64,000 nucleotides of DNA from Prasinococcaceae sp. CCMP 1430 (lineage: Eukaryota; Plantae; Prasinodermophyta), in NCBI GenBank assembly GCA_013416795.1, contig RQSC01000028.1, forward strand, positions 462,483 through 526,482, read 5' to 3'. This document shows positions 31,334 to 43,349 of the stretch, piece after piece. The notes beneath the pieces were generated by a model. It was not told the DNA's origin. It saw only the letters and a list, made by a program, of their open reading frames with translations, and did no database searches. A program made the position numbers and the translations under genes. Position 1 is the first letter of the stretch. Each line of letters begins with the position of its first letter.

Positions 31334-32613
31334 TCAGAACTGCGCCCACGAGCTGGGCGGGGGTGCGGACTTGGGCGGTGCGGTGTTGGGCAGCGCGCCG
31401 CCAACAGACTGCGACAGGTCGGAGAAGGGATCCCCGCCAATCGCGGCGAAGGGATCCGCAGCTGCGGCGGGCGGCGGTGCGGAGAGTGCAGCGAACGGGT
31501 CGTTCGCCGCAGCGGCGGGGGCTGGGGCAGCTGCTGACAGGTCTGTGAGCGCCGCGAAAGGGTCGATGGCTGCGCTGCTGCTGCCCGTCGCGCGTGTGGG
31601 GGCGGAAGCGGCAGGCGATGATGTGGGGGCGGGAGAGGCGGGCGCCGGTGCGGGCGCGGGAGCGGAGGGCGTGGGCTTGCGGATCGCGCCCGGAGCGCCA
31701 GGTGGCGCGAGCTTGAACCCCCCGAGCCCACCACTGGCCTTGGCGTTGGACATCCAGCTAGGCTTGGCCTTGCTACCATCGGCGGCAGCGCCTGGCTTCT
31801 TCAGCGCGATTGTGATGGTCTCGCCCTGCTTGAGCGATCGGTCAACCTTCGGCGCGGCCGCGTACGACGCCTCTGCCCTGGCAGCCTCCTCCTTTTCGCG
31901 CTCCGCAAGCCGCGCGTGCTTCTCGTGCTCGCCGAGCGCGACGTTGAAGTCGAAGGAGTGGTTGCGCTCAGAGAAGCCCAGGCCCACAAAGGCATGGCGC
32001 CCGCCCTCACCCTGGATGCGCAGCACAAAGTACCGCGAGCTGTCCTGCGCGTCGAAAATGGTCTGCGTGCGCTTGCCGGCGACGTACTGCGCAGCAGAAG
32101 CGGGGCATCACACCACGCCGCCGGGCACGCGCGCCCCACCAAGCCGAAGCGCGAACGCGCACGCGAGCGCATGCCATGCAACGGCGAGCGCGTGTGCGCG
32201 TTAGCATGCGCGCTCGGGGCCGCGGCGCTCGCGCCTCGACAGCTTGCGCTTGCGCACGCGCGCTCGGGACGCGCGCCCTGACAGCGTCCGCGTCCACGCC
32301 CGTGTGCGCTTACTGCGCCTGCCACGCGGAGCGCGCGCGCGCGCGCGCTCTCGCAACCAGGGCATCTCAATAGGCTGCGCCAACTCACCGGGCACTCGGC
32401 GAAGAGTTCCCCTGACTCGGTGTCCTCCAGCAGCACGCGGCACGTGTGCGACCCCTTCTCGACGACGCGCAGCCGGCCCGTCCAGATCTGGTCGCCGTTG
32501 GTCCACTCCCCCGAGTTGAACCCCTTCTGCGTGGTCATCGGCGGCACCTTGAAGCATCGCACCGACGGGCACGCGTACAGCGTGTGCTCGAAGTCGTCCT
32601 CCTCCCCCTCCAT
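31334..32613 (-). CDS. NECAP: Adaptin ear-binding coat-associated protein (NECAP); intron 32087-32388
   Basis: FEHTLY...FKVPP...WTGRLRVV...GELFAECP|Y...DSSRYFVLRI.GEGGRHAFVGLGFSERNHSFDFNVAL; DPF/DPFA motifs; C-terminal WAQF. Confidence 0.93.
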
Positions 32614-33466
32614 CGCCGCGCCGGCGCCACGCCGCGCGCGCGCGTCCGCGCCTGCCCCGCGCGGTGTGGCGTGCCGACAGCCTACGCGACGCAAGCCGTT
32701 CCCCGACCGAACCGACCGCTGCAGGTGCGGGGGTGTGCGCGCGGCGGCGGCACACGCCCTACCTTTTTTTTTTTTTTTGCCGCGCGCCACCCCCATGCAG
32801 CCGCAGAAACAAAAAAGTCTAAAAAAGAGAAAGCGAGCCCGAAATAGAATCCAACCAAGCGTGTGGATCGAACGCGCTCTGACTGAGCGACGCCTCCGAC
32901 CCCGACCCATTCATCGACGGAAGCGCCCCGGCGCTTCGTCCGCCACGTCGGCACGTGCCCGCGTCTATCGATCGAAGGTTTGATCGACGGCTGTCTCACA
33001 CTGGCTGGCTGACACACAGCTCCCACCCATGTGTGCTCCCACCCGCGGTTGGGACCCGACGCGGGCTGCGCTCGCTCCCAGCCCCCTTCGCCCGGAAAAG
33101 CATCCGAAACGCATCGGCAGGGCATCGGAAACGCATCGGACTTTGCACGTGTGCGATCCGGGAGCCCGTCTTCTGGTGTTCGACTGGGTGGCCATTTCTT
33201 TCAATTGGGTCGCGTTGCCGCATTGCGTTTGATGGCGGCGCCGTTCGCGTTCGTTCGAGCGGCGGCGCAGCGCGGCGGCGCGCTGCCGCGCCTTCGACGC
33301 CGCGNTCGATGCTGCACCGCCCCAAACTCCGTTCGCTTATCCGAACCTCCTGCGGCGGGGGCCGCTGCGCGCGCGCGAGCGAAAGCTGGCGCACCCGCGC
33401 GGCAACGCTGCGCGCGCGCAGCCCGCCCTCGATGAAGGCCGCCAGTCCAAGCTCGAGGGTGCCGCC

Positions 33467-34731
33467 ATGCTCGCCGGCCTGCAGATGGAGCAGCAGGCCG
33501 CCGCCGCGGCGACGGTGCGCTGGTTCGTCAACAACATGCCCGACAACTACTTCGAAGACCTGTCTGAGGCCACTGTGCGTCGCCACATGAGCGCCGTATC
33601 GAGCTTGTTCCCCAACGCCGTCACCCAGGGCAAGCCCGCGTTCCAGCGGTCGTTGAGCGGCCGCGTAGCGGCCCCTGGCGAGCAGGCCGCAGTCGCGCCC
33701 AGCCAGCTCGAGCGCGTGTCGCTCATCGAGGACGAGAGCGCCACCTTCATCACGCCGCACGACGCGCCGGGGCTGCTGTCGGTGCTGCTCGACCAGCTTT
33801 CGGCCACCACCACTCTCGGCTCGCACAATCTGCGGAGCGCGGGCTGCTACAACTCCCACGACGGCTCGATCGCCATCACCACCTTCCAATTCGACGACGA
33901 GGTCGCCCCTCAGAAGCTCCCGCCGGCGCCGGCCGAGGTTGAGACGCGCCTCGCAGCGCTCGGGCTGGAGGGCGACGATGGCGTGGGCGTCACCGTGGAG
34001 CACCATCCGGATGACCCCAACAGGCACACGCTGCACGTGGCGGTCCTCAACGTTGTTTCGCGCCTCGGGCTCAAGCGAGTGGCCTCGTACCTGGCTCAGC
34101 GTGGCCTCAACATCGAGCAAATCTCTATGGAGCAGTACTGTCGCGCAGGCAAGGGAGAGGTGCTGCTTCTCCACATCTCGCTTGAGCAGCGCCGCGCGCG
34201 CCAGCGCGGCTGGGACGTGCTGTGCGAGGAGGCCAAGCGTGCGGTCAAGTGGGTTGACGACCGCACGCTTGAGCTCTGCGATTCGAACAACTTGACACTC
34301 ATCGAGGGGGAGATGGTGCACGCACTCACCGCCATGCAGCACGGGCGGCTGGCGAAGAAGGACCCGTTTGCCTACGCGCTCTCGCGCCTGTACCGCATGG
34401 TGGCGTCCCCAAACGCGCTGCCGGTGGCGCACTCAATCGCGCGCCTGGTGCTTGACCGCTTCGACCCTGCGGCCCCTCTCTCTGAGAGCACATACCAGCG
34501 GCGCCATGCCGAGGTGGCTGCCGAGGTGGAGGCCGTCTCGCCTGAAGACCACCGCGAGGTGCTCGCGGGCATGCTGGGCGCCGCGGACGCCGTATTGCGC
34601 ACCAATGCTTACGCGCGCAATCGCTTTGCGCTCGGCCTGCGCCTCAAGCCCGAGTACATGGGCCACGGCACTGTGGGTGAGTCGACGCCCTACGGCACCT
34701 TCTTCGTCTCGGGGCGGCGCTTCCGTGGCTA

Positions 34732-34764
<33 letters not shown>

Positions 34765-36403
34765 GCTGCGCGTGGTGACGCCGGTGAGCGAAGAACGCCA
34801 CGCCATCGAGAGTGGCCGCCAGTACGACGAGGTTTACAACCTTGCATTCGCGCAGCAGCTGAAGAATAAGGACATCCCTGAGGGTGGCGCCAAGGCCGTG
34901 GTGCTGCTCGAGCCCGACAAGTCGGACGAGCTCATCCCGGATAAGTACGGCCACTCATTCATGGCGCGCAAGAGCGTCCGCGCTTTCACCGACGCACTGC
35001 TCGACCTGCTGCTGCCCAGCGAGGATAGCGTGGACCTGCTGGGCAAGGACGAGCTGGTGTACCTCGGCCCCGACGAGCAAATTGTCCCGGAGGACATCGA
35101 GTGGATCACAGCGCGCGCGGCGCTCCGCGGCTACCCCACCCCCAACGCCTTCATGTCGTCCAAGCCCGCCGCTGGCATCAACCACAAGGACTACGGCGTG
35201 ACCTCGGAGGGGGTGGCAGTCTTTCTGGGCAAAGCACTGGAGGCGATTCGCGAGGAGAAGGCGGAGCGTGGCGAGGAAACCACCGATCACTTTACCATTA
35301 AGCTCACCGGCGGCACGGACGGTGACGTGGCGGGAAATATGCTCAAGATTCTGGATCGCGAGTACGGCGCGCGCGCGCGCGTGGTGGGCATCTGCGATGC
35401 CACCGCGTCTGCCGAGGACGCCGACGGCTTGCCCATGGACGAGCTGCTGCGCTTGGTGCACTCAGGGCTGCCGCTCAAAGAATTTAATGCGGAGCGGCTG
35501 GGGCCGAACGGCGAGCTGCACTTTGCGTCGACGCCCGAGGGTGCGCGTATGCGCGACACCATGCACGAGCGAATCGAGGCGGACGCGTTCGTGCCGGCCG
35601 GCGGACGGCCGAATACCATCAACGCCGGAAACGTGGACAACTTCCTCCGGGTCGACGGCGCGCCCTCGAGCCCACTCATTTGCGAGGCAGCCAACCTCTT
35701 CATCACGCCCGAGGCCCGGCAGAAGCTTTTCGAGGCTGGCGCATTTGTCATCAAGGACTCGTCCGCCAACAAGTGCGGGGTCATCTGCTCATCGTATGAA
35801 ATCATTGCCTCGATGATGCTGTCGGAAGAGGAGTTTCTGCAGAAGAAGGAACAGCTTGTGCAGGACGTACTCGTGCGCCTTCGCGACGCAGCGGCCAAGG
35901 AGGCGACATTGCTCCTGCGGGAGCGCGCGCGCGATCCCTCGGTGGCGCCACCGATGATCTCGCAGCGCATAAGTGGCGCCATTACCGCTGCGCACGATGC
36001 CACCCTCGCGGCTCTCGAAGGCGAGATGGGCTCGCTAGACTCGGCAACCGAAGAGAGGATGATCAGACTCGCCGCGCAGAAGCACCTGCCGGAAGTGCTT
36101 GCCACGCCGGAGATGCTCGACAGGCTCATGGAGCGCGTGCCGCAGACGTACAAGCGCAACATCCTCGCGGCCACCGCTGCGGCCACGCTCGTGTACGAGC
36201 AGGGCCTTGTGTTCGCCGAGGGGCTCGGTGGGGAGGCGACGCTCTACAAGGCGGCCACTCGCCACCTGACCGCGCTTAAACAGGTGGCGGACCTCGCCGA
36301 CTCCGTGGCGGCCGGCAAGAAGCTTTCCGAGGAGGACGCGGAGACTGTGGCCCGGCTGCTGCGGACGGGCGGCGCGCGTTCTGCAATTTTCATGGGCGCG
36401 TGA
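33467..36403 (+). CDS. GDH2: Large NAD-specific glutamate dehydrogenase (GDH2-type) with N-terminal ACT-like region; true start probably the ATG at 33232, frameshifted by the n at 33305
   Basis: GYHVRFRDIARGGLR, QQLKNKDIPEGGAK, YLGPDE, HKDYGVTSEGV, GGTDGDVAGN, FVPAGGRP, EAANLF, DSSANKCGVICSSYE. Confidence 0.92.
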
Positions 36404-36549
36404 TGGATCGTTCGCCGAACCCGAGCAAGCTGCTCCTCGCTGCTGCTAGGCACCATGCATAGCTAGATTATTTATCACTGCGACCGAGTCGTGCACGAGC
36501 GGCGCTCCAGGAGACATTTTTTCGTTCGCACCATTGTGCCACACAGACA

Positions 36550-38676
36550 TCACCGCATGCGCCTGTCGCCGCGCGTGGTGCTATTGTCAAGTATCGACAA
36601 GTCCACACGCCCGTGCCGTTCGAGGTCATCCGCTGAAGTGAGCAGGCGCTCGCCTTTGGCATCGGTGACACGCGCCCAAATGGTGAGGTCGTCCGCGTGC
36701 GTTGGCCACGTGGGAATTTCCACCGAGCGCACAATCCTGAACTCCTCTATCAGCCTACGCCTGAACTCGGGCGTGGCGGTCTCAGCTGGACCAGCGTGGT
36801 ATTGGTGCGTTTTGTACACTTTGCTCCCGATCTGGGTGCCGTCGTCCCACTCGCCGACGTACACGACCGTGTCGCCCTTGTACGCGTCGAGGCACTCCTC
36901 GGCCATGCTATCGCCACCCGGCGGCCAGCACAGCAGCAGCGTGCGGTCCTCTACGTGCGCGAGGTCCTGCGGGGTGCCGCGCACCACGCGGCTGTGAGTT
37001 ACCTGGTGCAGCTTTGTGCCTTTCCCAGTGACCGACATGGGCGAGCCATCGTCTACGTCCTGATCGTACGCGAGCACATCGAGTCCCTCGCGCCGCAGCA
37101 GGCCCGCCCAGTATCCTGTTCCGGCGCCCATCTCCACCAGCTTACCGTTCGGACATGCTGCTCGCACCGCCTCGATCGCGGCCGCACAGGGCACGCCGAA
37201 GGCATAGTGCGAGCACAGTGGCAATCGCACGCGGTCGTGGAAAGCGCGGGAGTCGGCGCTCACGCACACGTGCGCCTCGTCCTCCAACGAGCCGATCAAG
37301 CACAACGCCAGCCGCCCTCCTGCGCCGGGCACGTCGCGAGCGGTGCGATAGCGCACGCTCTCGCCGCCGCCGTCCCGGCCGGCGCTCTCGCCCGTGTGGT
37401 ATGCGCGGCCCGTTTCACTGCACGCCGCCGGGCTGTCTGCCCAGCGCTCACGCTCAACCCGCTCCACCGCATGCTCTGTGCCTACTGCACCAACCCTGTC
37501 AACGTACGGCACAGTGAAGCCAACAGGGCACTCAGCGGTGATAGATCGCACTAACCATTCATAGTCGCCCATTGAGGCTCTATCGAGCCCCTTGGTGCTC
37601 ACCACGCCCGAGGGGCGCATCGTGTCTTCCTCCAGGAAGCTCGCAAGTCCCATGAACGCGCGCAGCGCGTGCAGCTGCGGCTCGAGGTCCTTTTCATAGC
37701 GAATGGTGGTGCCAACCCGCGCGCCCACGCGCCCGCTGCGCCGCCCGCCGCCCGCAGAGGGTGTGGCGCTGTCGCTCGCGAGCTGCTGTTGCTCTCGCAG
37801 CACTGCGGTATAGCGTGCCTCCGCGCGATCGATGCGAGCCCTTGTCGCCCCCCACAGCCTCCTGCTCGCGGCCTCGTCACGCGCGCTGAGGGCTCTGGGC
37901 ACAAACGCCGCCTGTGTCTCGTTTCCACCGGCGAGATTGAGCTCGGAGAGCTCTGTCGCCGCTGCTCGCGCGTCCAAAGCGGTGCGCTGCACGGCGCGCA
38001 GCTCGCCGAGATCCTCTTCGAATGCAGCCTTGCGCGCGCGCCACTTCCCGACGGAGGCGTCCCATTTGATAGCATTGGTGACGTCAGCGCGCGCGTCCAC
38101 GAGCTGATGTAGCCGTCCGCGTGCCGCGCTGCGGTTGGCAGCGCTTGCACCGACGCCAGAGAACAGCGCGCAGCGGCGGCGCTCGTCAAAGCGACGCGCG
38201 TGCTCGGCCAACAGCCGCAGCTTCGCAGCCGCCACCACCGGGTTGTTGTCGATGGGTCGCGTGAGTTCCATCACCTCCCGCGGCATGAGTTTGCCCTTCG
38301 CTGCTAGCTTTGCGCGAGCCGCCTCATATCCCGCTTCGTACGCCTTCTCTTGTTCCTCGAGCTGCTCGAGCTGCTTCGAGTGCGACGCTGTCGCCTTCGC
38401 CGCCGCTCGCTCAGCCTTCAGCTTCTGCATCTTCTGAACCTCATCCTTGAGCTCGTAAACGACCTTGGCGATGCGCCGAATGGCCGGTGCGTCGCCCGCT
38501 GCGCCCTTAATCCACTCAGCACGCGCACGGTTGGAGGCATCCAGCGCAGCCGAGTAGAGCGATTTGGCTCGCATGTCGTCCCCGACCTGGTAGGCAGCAT
38601 TGCCGGCGGCACGCAGCGCATGGGGGTCACTCACTGACGCGAGCAGCGCGCTGTGGTCGAGCGTCGATTCACCCAT
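36550..38676 (-). CDS. TPR-containing protein with a C-terminal class I SAM-dependent methyltransferase-like domain
   Basis: TPR-like ALRAAGNAAYQVGD...LYSAAL and AANRSAARGRL...ARADVTNAIKWD. SAM motif LVEMGAGTGYWAGLL, LAYD, LLLCWPP, VVYVGEW. Confidence 0.75.
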   Translation of the reverse strand: MGESTLDHSALLASVSDPHALRAAGNAAYQVGDDMRAKSLYSAALDASNRARAEWIKGAAGDAPAIRRIAKVVYELKDEVQKMQKLKAERAAAKATASHSKQLEQLEEQEKAYEAGYEAARAKLAAKGKLMPREVMELTRPIDNNPVVAAAKLRLLAEHARRFDERRRCALFSGVGASAANRSAARGRLHQLVDARADVTNAIKWDASVGKWRARKAAFEEDLGELRAVQRTALDARAAATELSELNLAGGNETQAAFVPRALSARDEAASRRLWGATRARIDRAEARYTAVLREQQQLASDSATPSAGGGRRSGRVGARVGTTIRYEKDLEPQLHALRAFMGLASFLEEDTMRPSGVVSTKGLDRASMGDYEWLVRSITAECPVGFTVPYVDRVGAVGTEHAVERVERERWADSPAACSETGRAYHTGESAGRDGGGESVRYRTARDVPGAGGRLALCLIGSLEDEAHVCVSADSRAFHDRVRLPLCSHYAFGVPCAAAIEAVRAACPNGKLVEMGAGTGYWAGLLRREGLDVLAYDQDVDDGSPMSVTGKGTKLHQVTHSRVVRGTPQDLAHVEDRTLLLCWPPGGDSMAEECLDAYKGDTVVYVGEWDDGTQIGSKVYKTHQYHAGPAETATPEFRRRLIEEFRIVRSVEIPTWPTHADDLTIWARVTDAKGERLLTSADDLERHGRVDLSILDNSTTRGDRRMR

Positions 38677-39419
38677 GCGTGATGCCTTCCGCCGCGGGCG
38701 CACGAGAGAGCGCACGGGCTGTGTGTCGCTGGCAAGGCCCATTGGGCGCGGCCACAGCGCCGGCCCGACCCCGGGCCGAAGGCGGCCACTCCAGAGTCAG
38801 CCGGGCCCGCCGCGAAAGGCGCTCTCTCTACCTGTTCCCCACCCCCACAACCCTTCACTCCCACCCTCCCACCCACAACCACACACACCACCACCTCCCA
38901 CAGCGCTGCCTCGGCGCGCGGGCGCTTCGCAGCTCGGGCGGGCAGAGCGGCGGCTGTGTGTGTGGGGGGGAGTGGCGGCCCGCTCGAGAAACGGCCGCCC
39001 GGCGCGGGTGCGGGGGAACGGCCGGCCGCCACCGGAGCGCACCACTCGAAAAACGCCATCAAAACAGGAGTCAAACCCTTCTCCGCGCCAACTAAAACCC
39101 TTAATACGCCAGGCGGCCGAAAGAAGATCATTCTGGAAGCGCTCGGACGCTGGCAACCTCAACTCGAGGATTTCGCGGCGCTGGGCACGCGCATGCCGTT
39201 TGATGGTGCCGCGTTCCCCCGTGCGGGTGGCGCGCGAAGTGGCACCGCGCCGAGGCGTACGCAAGGGGGCGCGCGCGCGCCTCGCGGGCGGGGGCGCCGA
39301 CTGACGGTGCGCGGACGGGGTGAGCGAGGAGCATGGGGGTGCGCGCGGGCACGGAGGGGCGGGGTCGGGGAGAGGGGTGCCAGAGGGCTGATTTCAGGCG
39401 TGCGCGGCGGCTTGGCGCC

Positions 39420-42400
39420 ATGTCCAAGAAGGCCAAGCGTGGGGTGAAGGGCGCCAAGAAGAGGCGCAAAGCGCAGCATGAGGAGGCCGCACCCGCGCCG
39501 ATTGACGAAGGGACGGGGCTCGATGCGGACATCGGGCCCGACCAGTGGGCGGCCATGGGGACAGCGCCAGCCGACATCGCCGAGGACGTGAGCGCAGCGG
39601 GCAACTGGATTGGAGGCGCCGGCGAGAGCGCCTCAGCCGAGGCCGCCGAAACAGCTGAGGCCACCGCCGGCCGTGCAAGCGGTGGCCTTCAGTGCGGCAC
39701 TGCGACCGACACCTGCACAGAGGCTTTTCACGACGCACATACCGATGCCAGTGTCGATGCCGGCGCGGACGCAGACGAATACCGATCCAGCCCATACGCC
39801 GAAGGCACCCAGCGGTACGACGACGGCGCGTATGGTGTAGACGGAGACGACGAGTACGAGGCGATGCTGAAGGACGAGATTGCCACGCGCAACGACGTGC
39901 GTCAGCGCCTTCTCGAGGCGCGACAGCGAGCATTCGATGACGACCCCGACTACCGCAAGCGCCCCCTCACGGTCCTGAACGCGGAGGCGGTTGCACTTCA
40001 GCGCGCCGGCGACAACCTCGGCGCGGTAGCCGCGTACGCCAAGGTCTTCAGGAAGATACAGGAGGGCAACCTCACGCACCCGGAGCTCTTCGTGACGCAC
40101 GGCAACCGCTCGAGCGCCTATCTGAAATTGAGGCTGTACGAGGAGGCGCTATGGGACGCCAACAAGTGTCAGGAGCTCGCAGAGAAAGCCTTCAACAAGG
40201 ACAAGCGCACCAACACACTGGGGTGCTACGCTCGCGCGTTCGCGCGCAAGGGCTACGCGCTGATGGGCCTGCGCCGCTATCGCGCTGCGGCGGCCATCTT
40301 TGCGGACGGCCTCGCGCGCGATCCGGATAGCACGGAAATGAAGGAGGGGCTCGACCAGGCACAGCAGGGAGTGCTCAGCGACCTGCTGGAGGGCCGCGGG
40401 CTGGAGACGCTCGCTCTCCCTGCACCCGATCCCAAGAAGAAAATCACGTGGCTGCCGCGCTCCACCGCAATCCACAAGATCGAGGAGGGCCTCCCCACGT
40501 CACTGCTGACACCTTTCCAGGCGGACAACGACTACCACGTCAAAGACACCTACAACTACGTCACAGTCCAATCGGATGTGCGCATGCCCAAACTCCACAT
40601 GGAGTACCTGCGCGACGACGTGCGCGTGAGCGCGTTCGCTGATGCGATACAGCGCGCGGTGGAGGCATGTGCGGAAGAGGACATGGACGCGCGCGTACTG
40701 CTACTGCAGGGCGGGGCGGGCCTGCTCGCGATGGAGGCTCTGCGCGCCGGTGCGTACCACGTGACGGTTTCCGAGCGCTGGCTGTACTTGGCGAGCGTAT
40801 GCAAGGAGAATCTGCTCGCGAACGGCTACTCCGACGACTCGGTGCGCGTGGTGTACAAACGCCCCACCGACCTGACTCTCCGCAAGGACCTTCCCGTCTT
40901 CGCCAACATCCTGGTGGCGGACGCGCTGGACGACGCGCTGCTCACGAGCGGCATCATTCCGGGTATGCGCCATGCGCTGCACAATCTGGTCACACCCGAC
41001 TGCTACGTCATCCCGGCCAGCGCGACGGTTTTCGTGCAGGCGATCGAGATACAGACGCTCGAGGTGTGCGGCCTTGACGTGAGCGCTGTGAACAGGCACC
41101 GCTGGGCGCCCGCGTTCCGGTGCGGCACGCCGATCAAGGAGGGCGCGTACACACCGCTCTCGCAGCCCGCGCAGGCGTTTCACTTCGACTTCAAGATGCC
41201 CCCAGAGGAAGCAGAGCGTGTGACGCTCGACCTGCACTTTGAGACTCCGGGCATCTTCAATGCGGTGCTCGTTTGGTACGAGCTGCGCTTGGACCAGAAC
41301 ACCACGCTGTGCACGGGTCCGCGCGCGCACGGCGGCTCGGGCCTGCACACGCTCCGCCCTGCTCTGCAGTACTTGGCGGGTGAAATCGTGGTGGATGACG
41401 GTATGGTGCTTCCGCTCATGTGCGAGCATAACACTGTGCGCCTGCGTTTCGACGTTGAGGCCGCCGAGTACATCAACTTGGCCATATCCAATGCCAACTT
41501 CCCGCCCGTTCAGTTCACCATGCTCACGGATACCCTCAAACACGAGGCGTACTACCGCGCAATCGGGCGTGCGGTTCAGCGCACCAAGGCAAAGAACCCC
41601 TTCGGCGAGTGCCACGTGGCCGACCTCGGCACTGGCGTGGGCGTGCATGCAATGATGGCCGCCAAGAGCGGCGCGACGTCAGTGACGGGTATCGAGTACC
41701 ACGATGCTGTGGCCGACGTCGCCCGGCGCAACGTGGCTGCCAACGGACTCGGAGCGAACGTGTCGATCGTGCAGCGCGACGTGGGGCTCGTGGAGCGCGG
41801 CAAGGGCGCGCGCCGCCAGGGTTGCAACATGGCCATCTTGGACATCTTCGATGCTGGCCTGATTGGCCACAAGGCGCTGTACATGATTGAGGTGGCCAAG
41901 CGCAACTTTTTGCAACCAGACACCACCGTGGTGCCACAGGCGGCGACTCTCTACTGCATGGGCGTCGAGGTGATCACCTCCAAGGTGCGCGGCTTCGATA
42001 TGAGCGCAATTAATAAGTACCGCTGGGATGACACCTACGAGACGCTCTTCATCGACGACGTGCCGCATCGCCGCCTGACCAAACCCAAGAAAGTCTTCGA
42101 GTACTTCTTCGACGGGAAAAGGAAAGGGCGCTCGCGTGAGAACGTGCTCAAGCTGGAGGTCACGCAGAGTGGTATACTCAATGGCATAGTGATGTGGTAT
42201 GACCTGCACCTTGACGACGAGGACTCGCTCACGACGGCGCCCGCGGGCATCGGCATGGGCGGGTACGTGATCAGCGCGGCGCCCAGAGTCGAGGGCGGCG
42301 AGGACGGGGAGCAAAACGCGGAGGCGAGTGAGGGGATGCGCGAGAGCGTGCCAGTGCGTGACATCACCACGGTACATGCGGCGGCCGACGGGGGAGATCC

Positions 42401-43057
42401 GGACGAGGAGGAGCCCCATCGCCACTACCACGGCCAGGCGCTGCAGTATCTTGAGCGCGCGGTCGGCGTATCCAAGGGCAAAAAGGTTACCGTGCTCGCC
42501 AAGCGCGTGGAAGACAAGGTGGCCTTTGCCTTGCGTGAAGGCGTGGGTGTGATGGTGTCCAAGTCGCCTTGGAAGATTGTGCTGGGGGGCGGCGCGTCTA
42601 CCGAGAGCCCGCACTATCAGCGCGTGCACTATTGCGAACTGCTGGTGCGCGACTTCCTCATGCGTCTGAAGGGCAAGCGCTTCCCGCCCATCGAGAAGGA
42701 CATGAAAATGATCCTCGCCCACTGCGGGAACCTGTTTTTGGTAAGGGCGCGAGCACGCGTGCGCGTGCGCGAGCGGGTTCGCGAATAATAGTCTCTGACC
42801 TGCGCGCCCCGGACTGCACGTCGCAGGACCCCCGCTGTCTGCAAGATACATACCACGACTTCTGCGTGATGTACGTCGGCGTTGACACCAGCGGTCAGGG
42901 AACGCTGAGAGCGCGCTTGCTCGATCCAGCACGACATTTTGCACGCACGGCCTCTCGGCGCGTGTGCCCTGACTTGGTCGCTAGCAATCTTAGCACATTC
43001 AAATGCATGCGCTGTGCTGACGCGACTGGCCGCACCGCCTCGCTCGGCGCGCTCTGA
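39420..43057 (+). CDS. TPR plus tandem protein arginine methyltransferase modules (PRMT9/PRMT7-like); intron about 42741-42826; 3' end approximate
   Basis: TPRs (HGNRSSAYLKLRLYEEALWDA; RAFARKGYALMGL). Two PRMT cores with PRMT7-like segments (QFTMLTD, VIPASATV/VVPQAATL, AVLVWY/GIVMWY). Donor GTAAGG at 42741. Confidence 0.82.
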
Positions 43058-43349
43058 AACAGGGAACACGTCTTTGCACAACACTGGCAAGAGTTCTCCC
43101 CGGGTGCAACCTACGATGCAGTCTCTAGCCGCCCGCTCTTTCTAGCGTAAACGCACACGCGCGAGTGCATTCATCCCCTCTACCTAATACTGACATCCGT
43201 TCAACAAATCTACACTGCGCGCGGCCGCTGGCTCGCTTGTCCCCCCGCCCCTTGTCGCGCGCTCGCCGCGTGCGCTCGGGGGCCGTGGTCAATCAGAGCA
43301 CCTTTCATGGCTCCTAGTCCTAGCCTACCACATATGCTTGTCACTCTCC

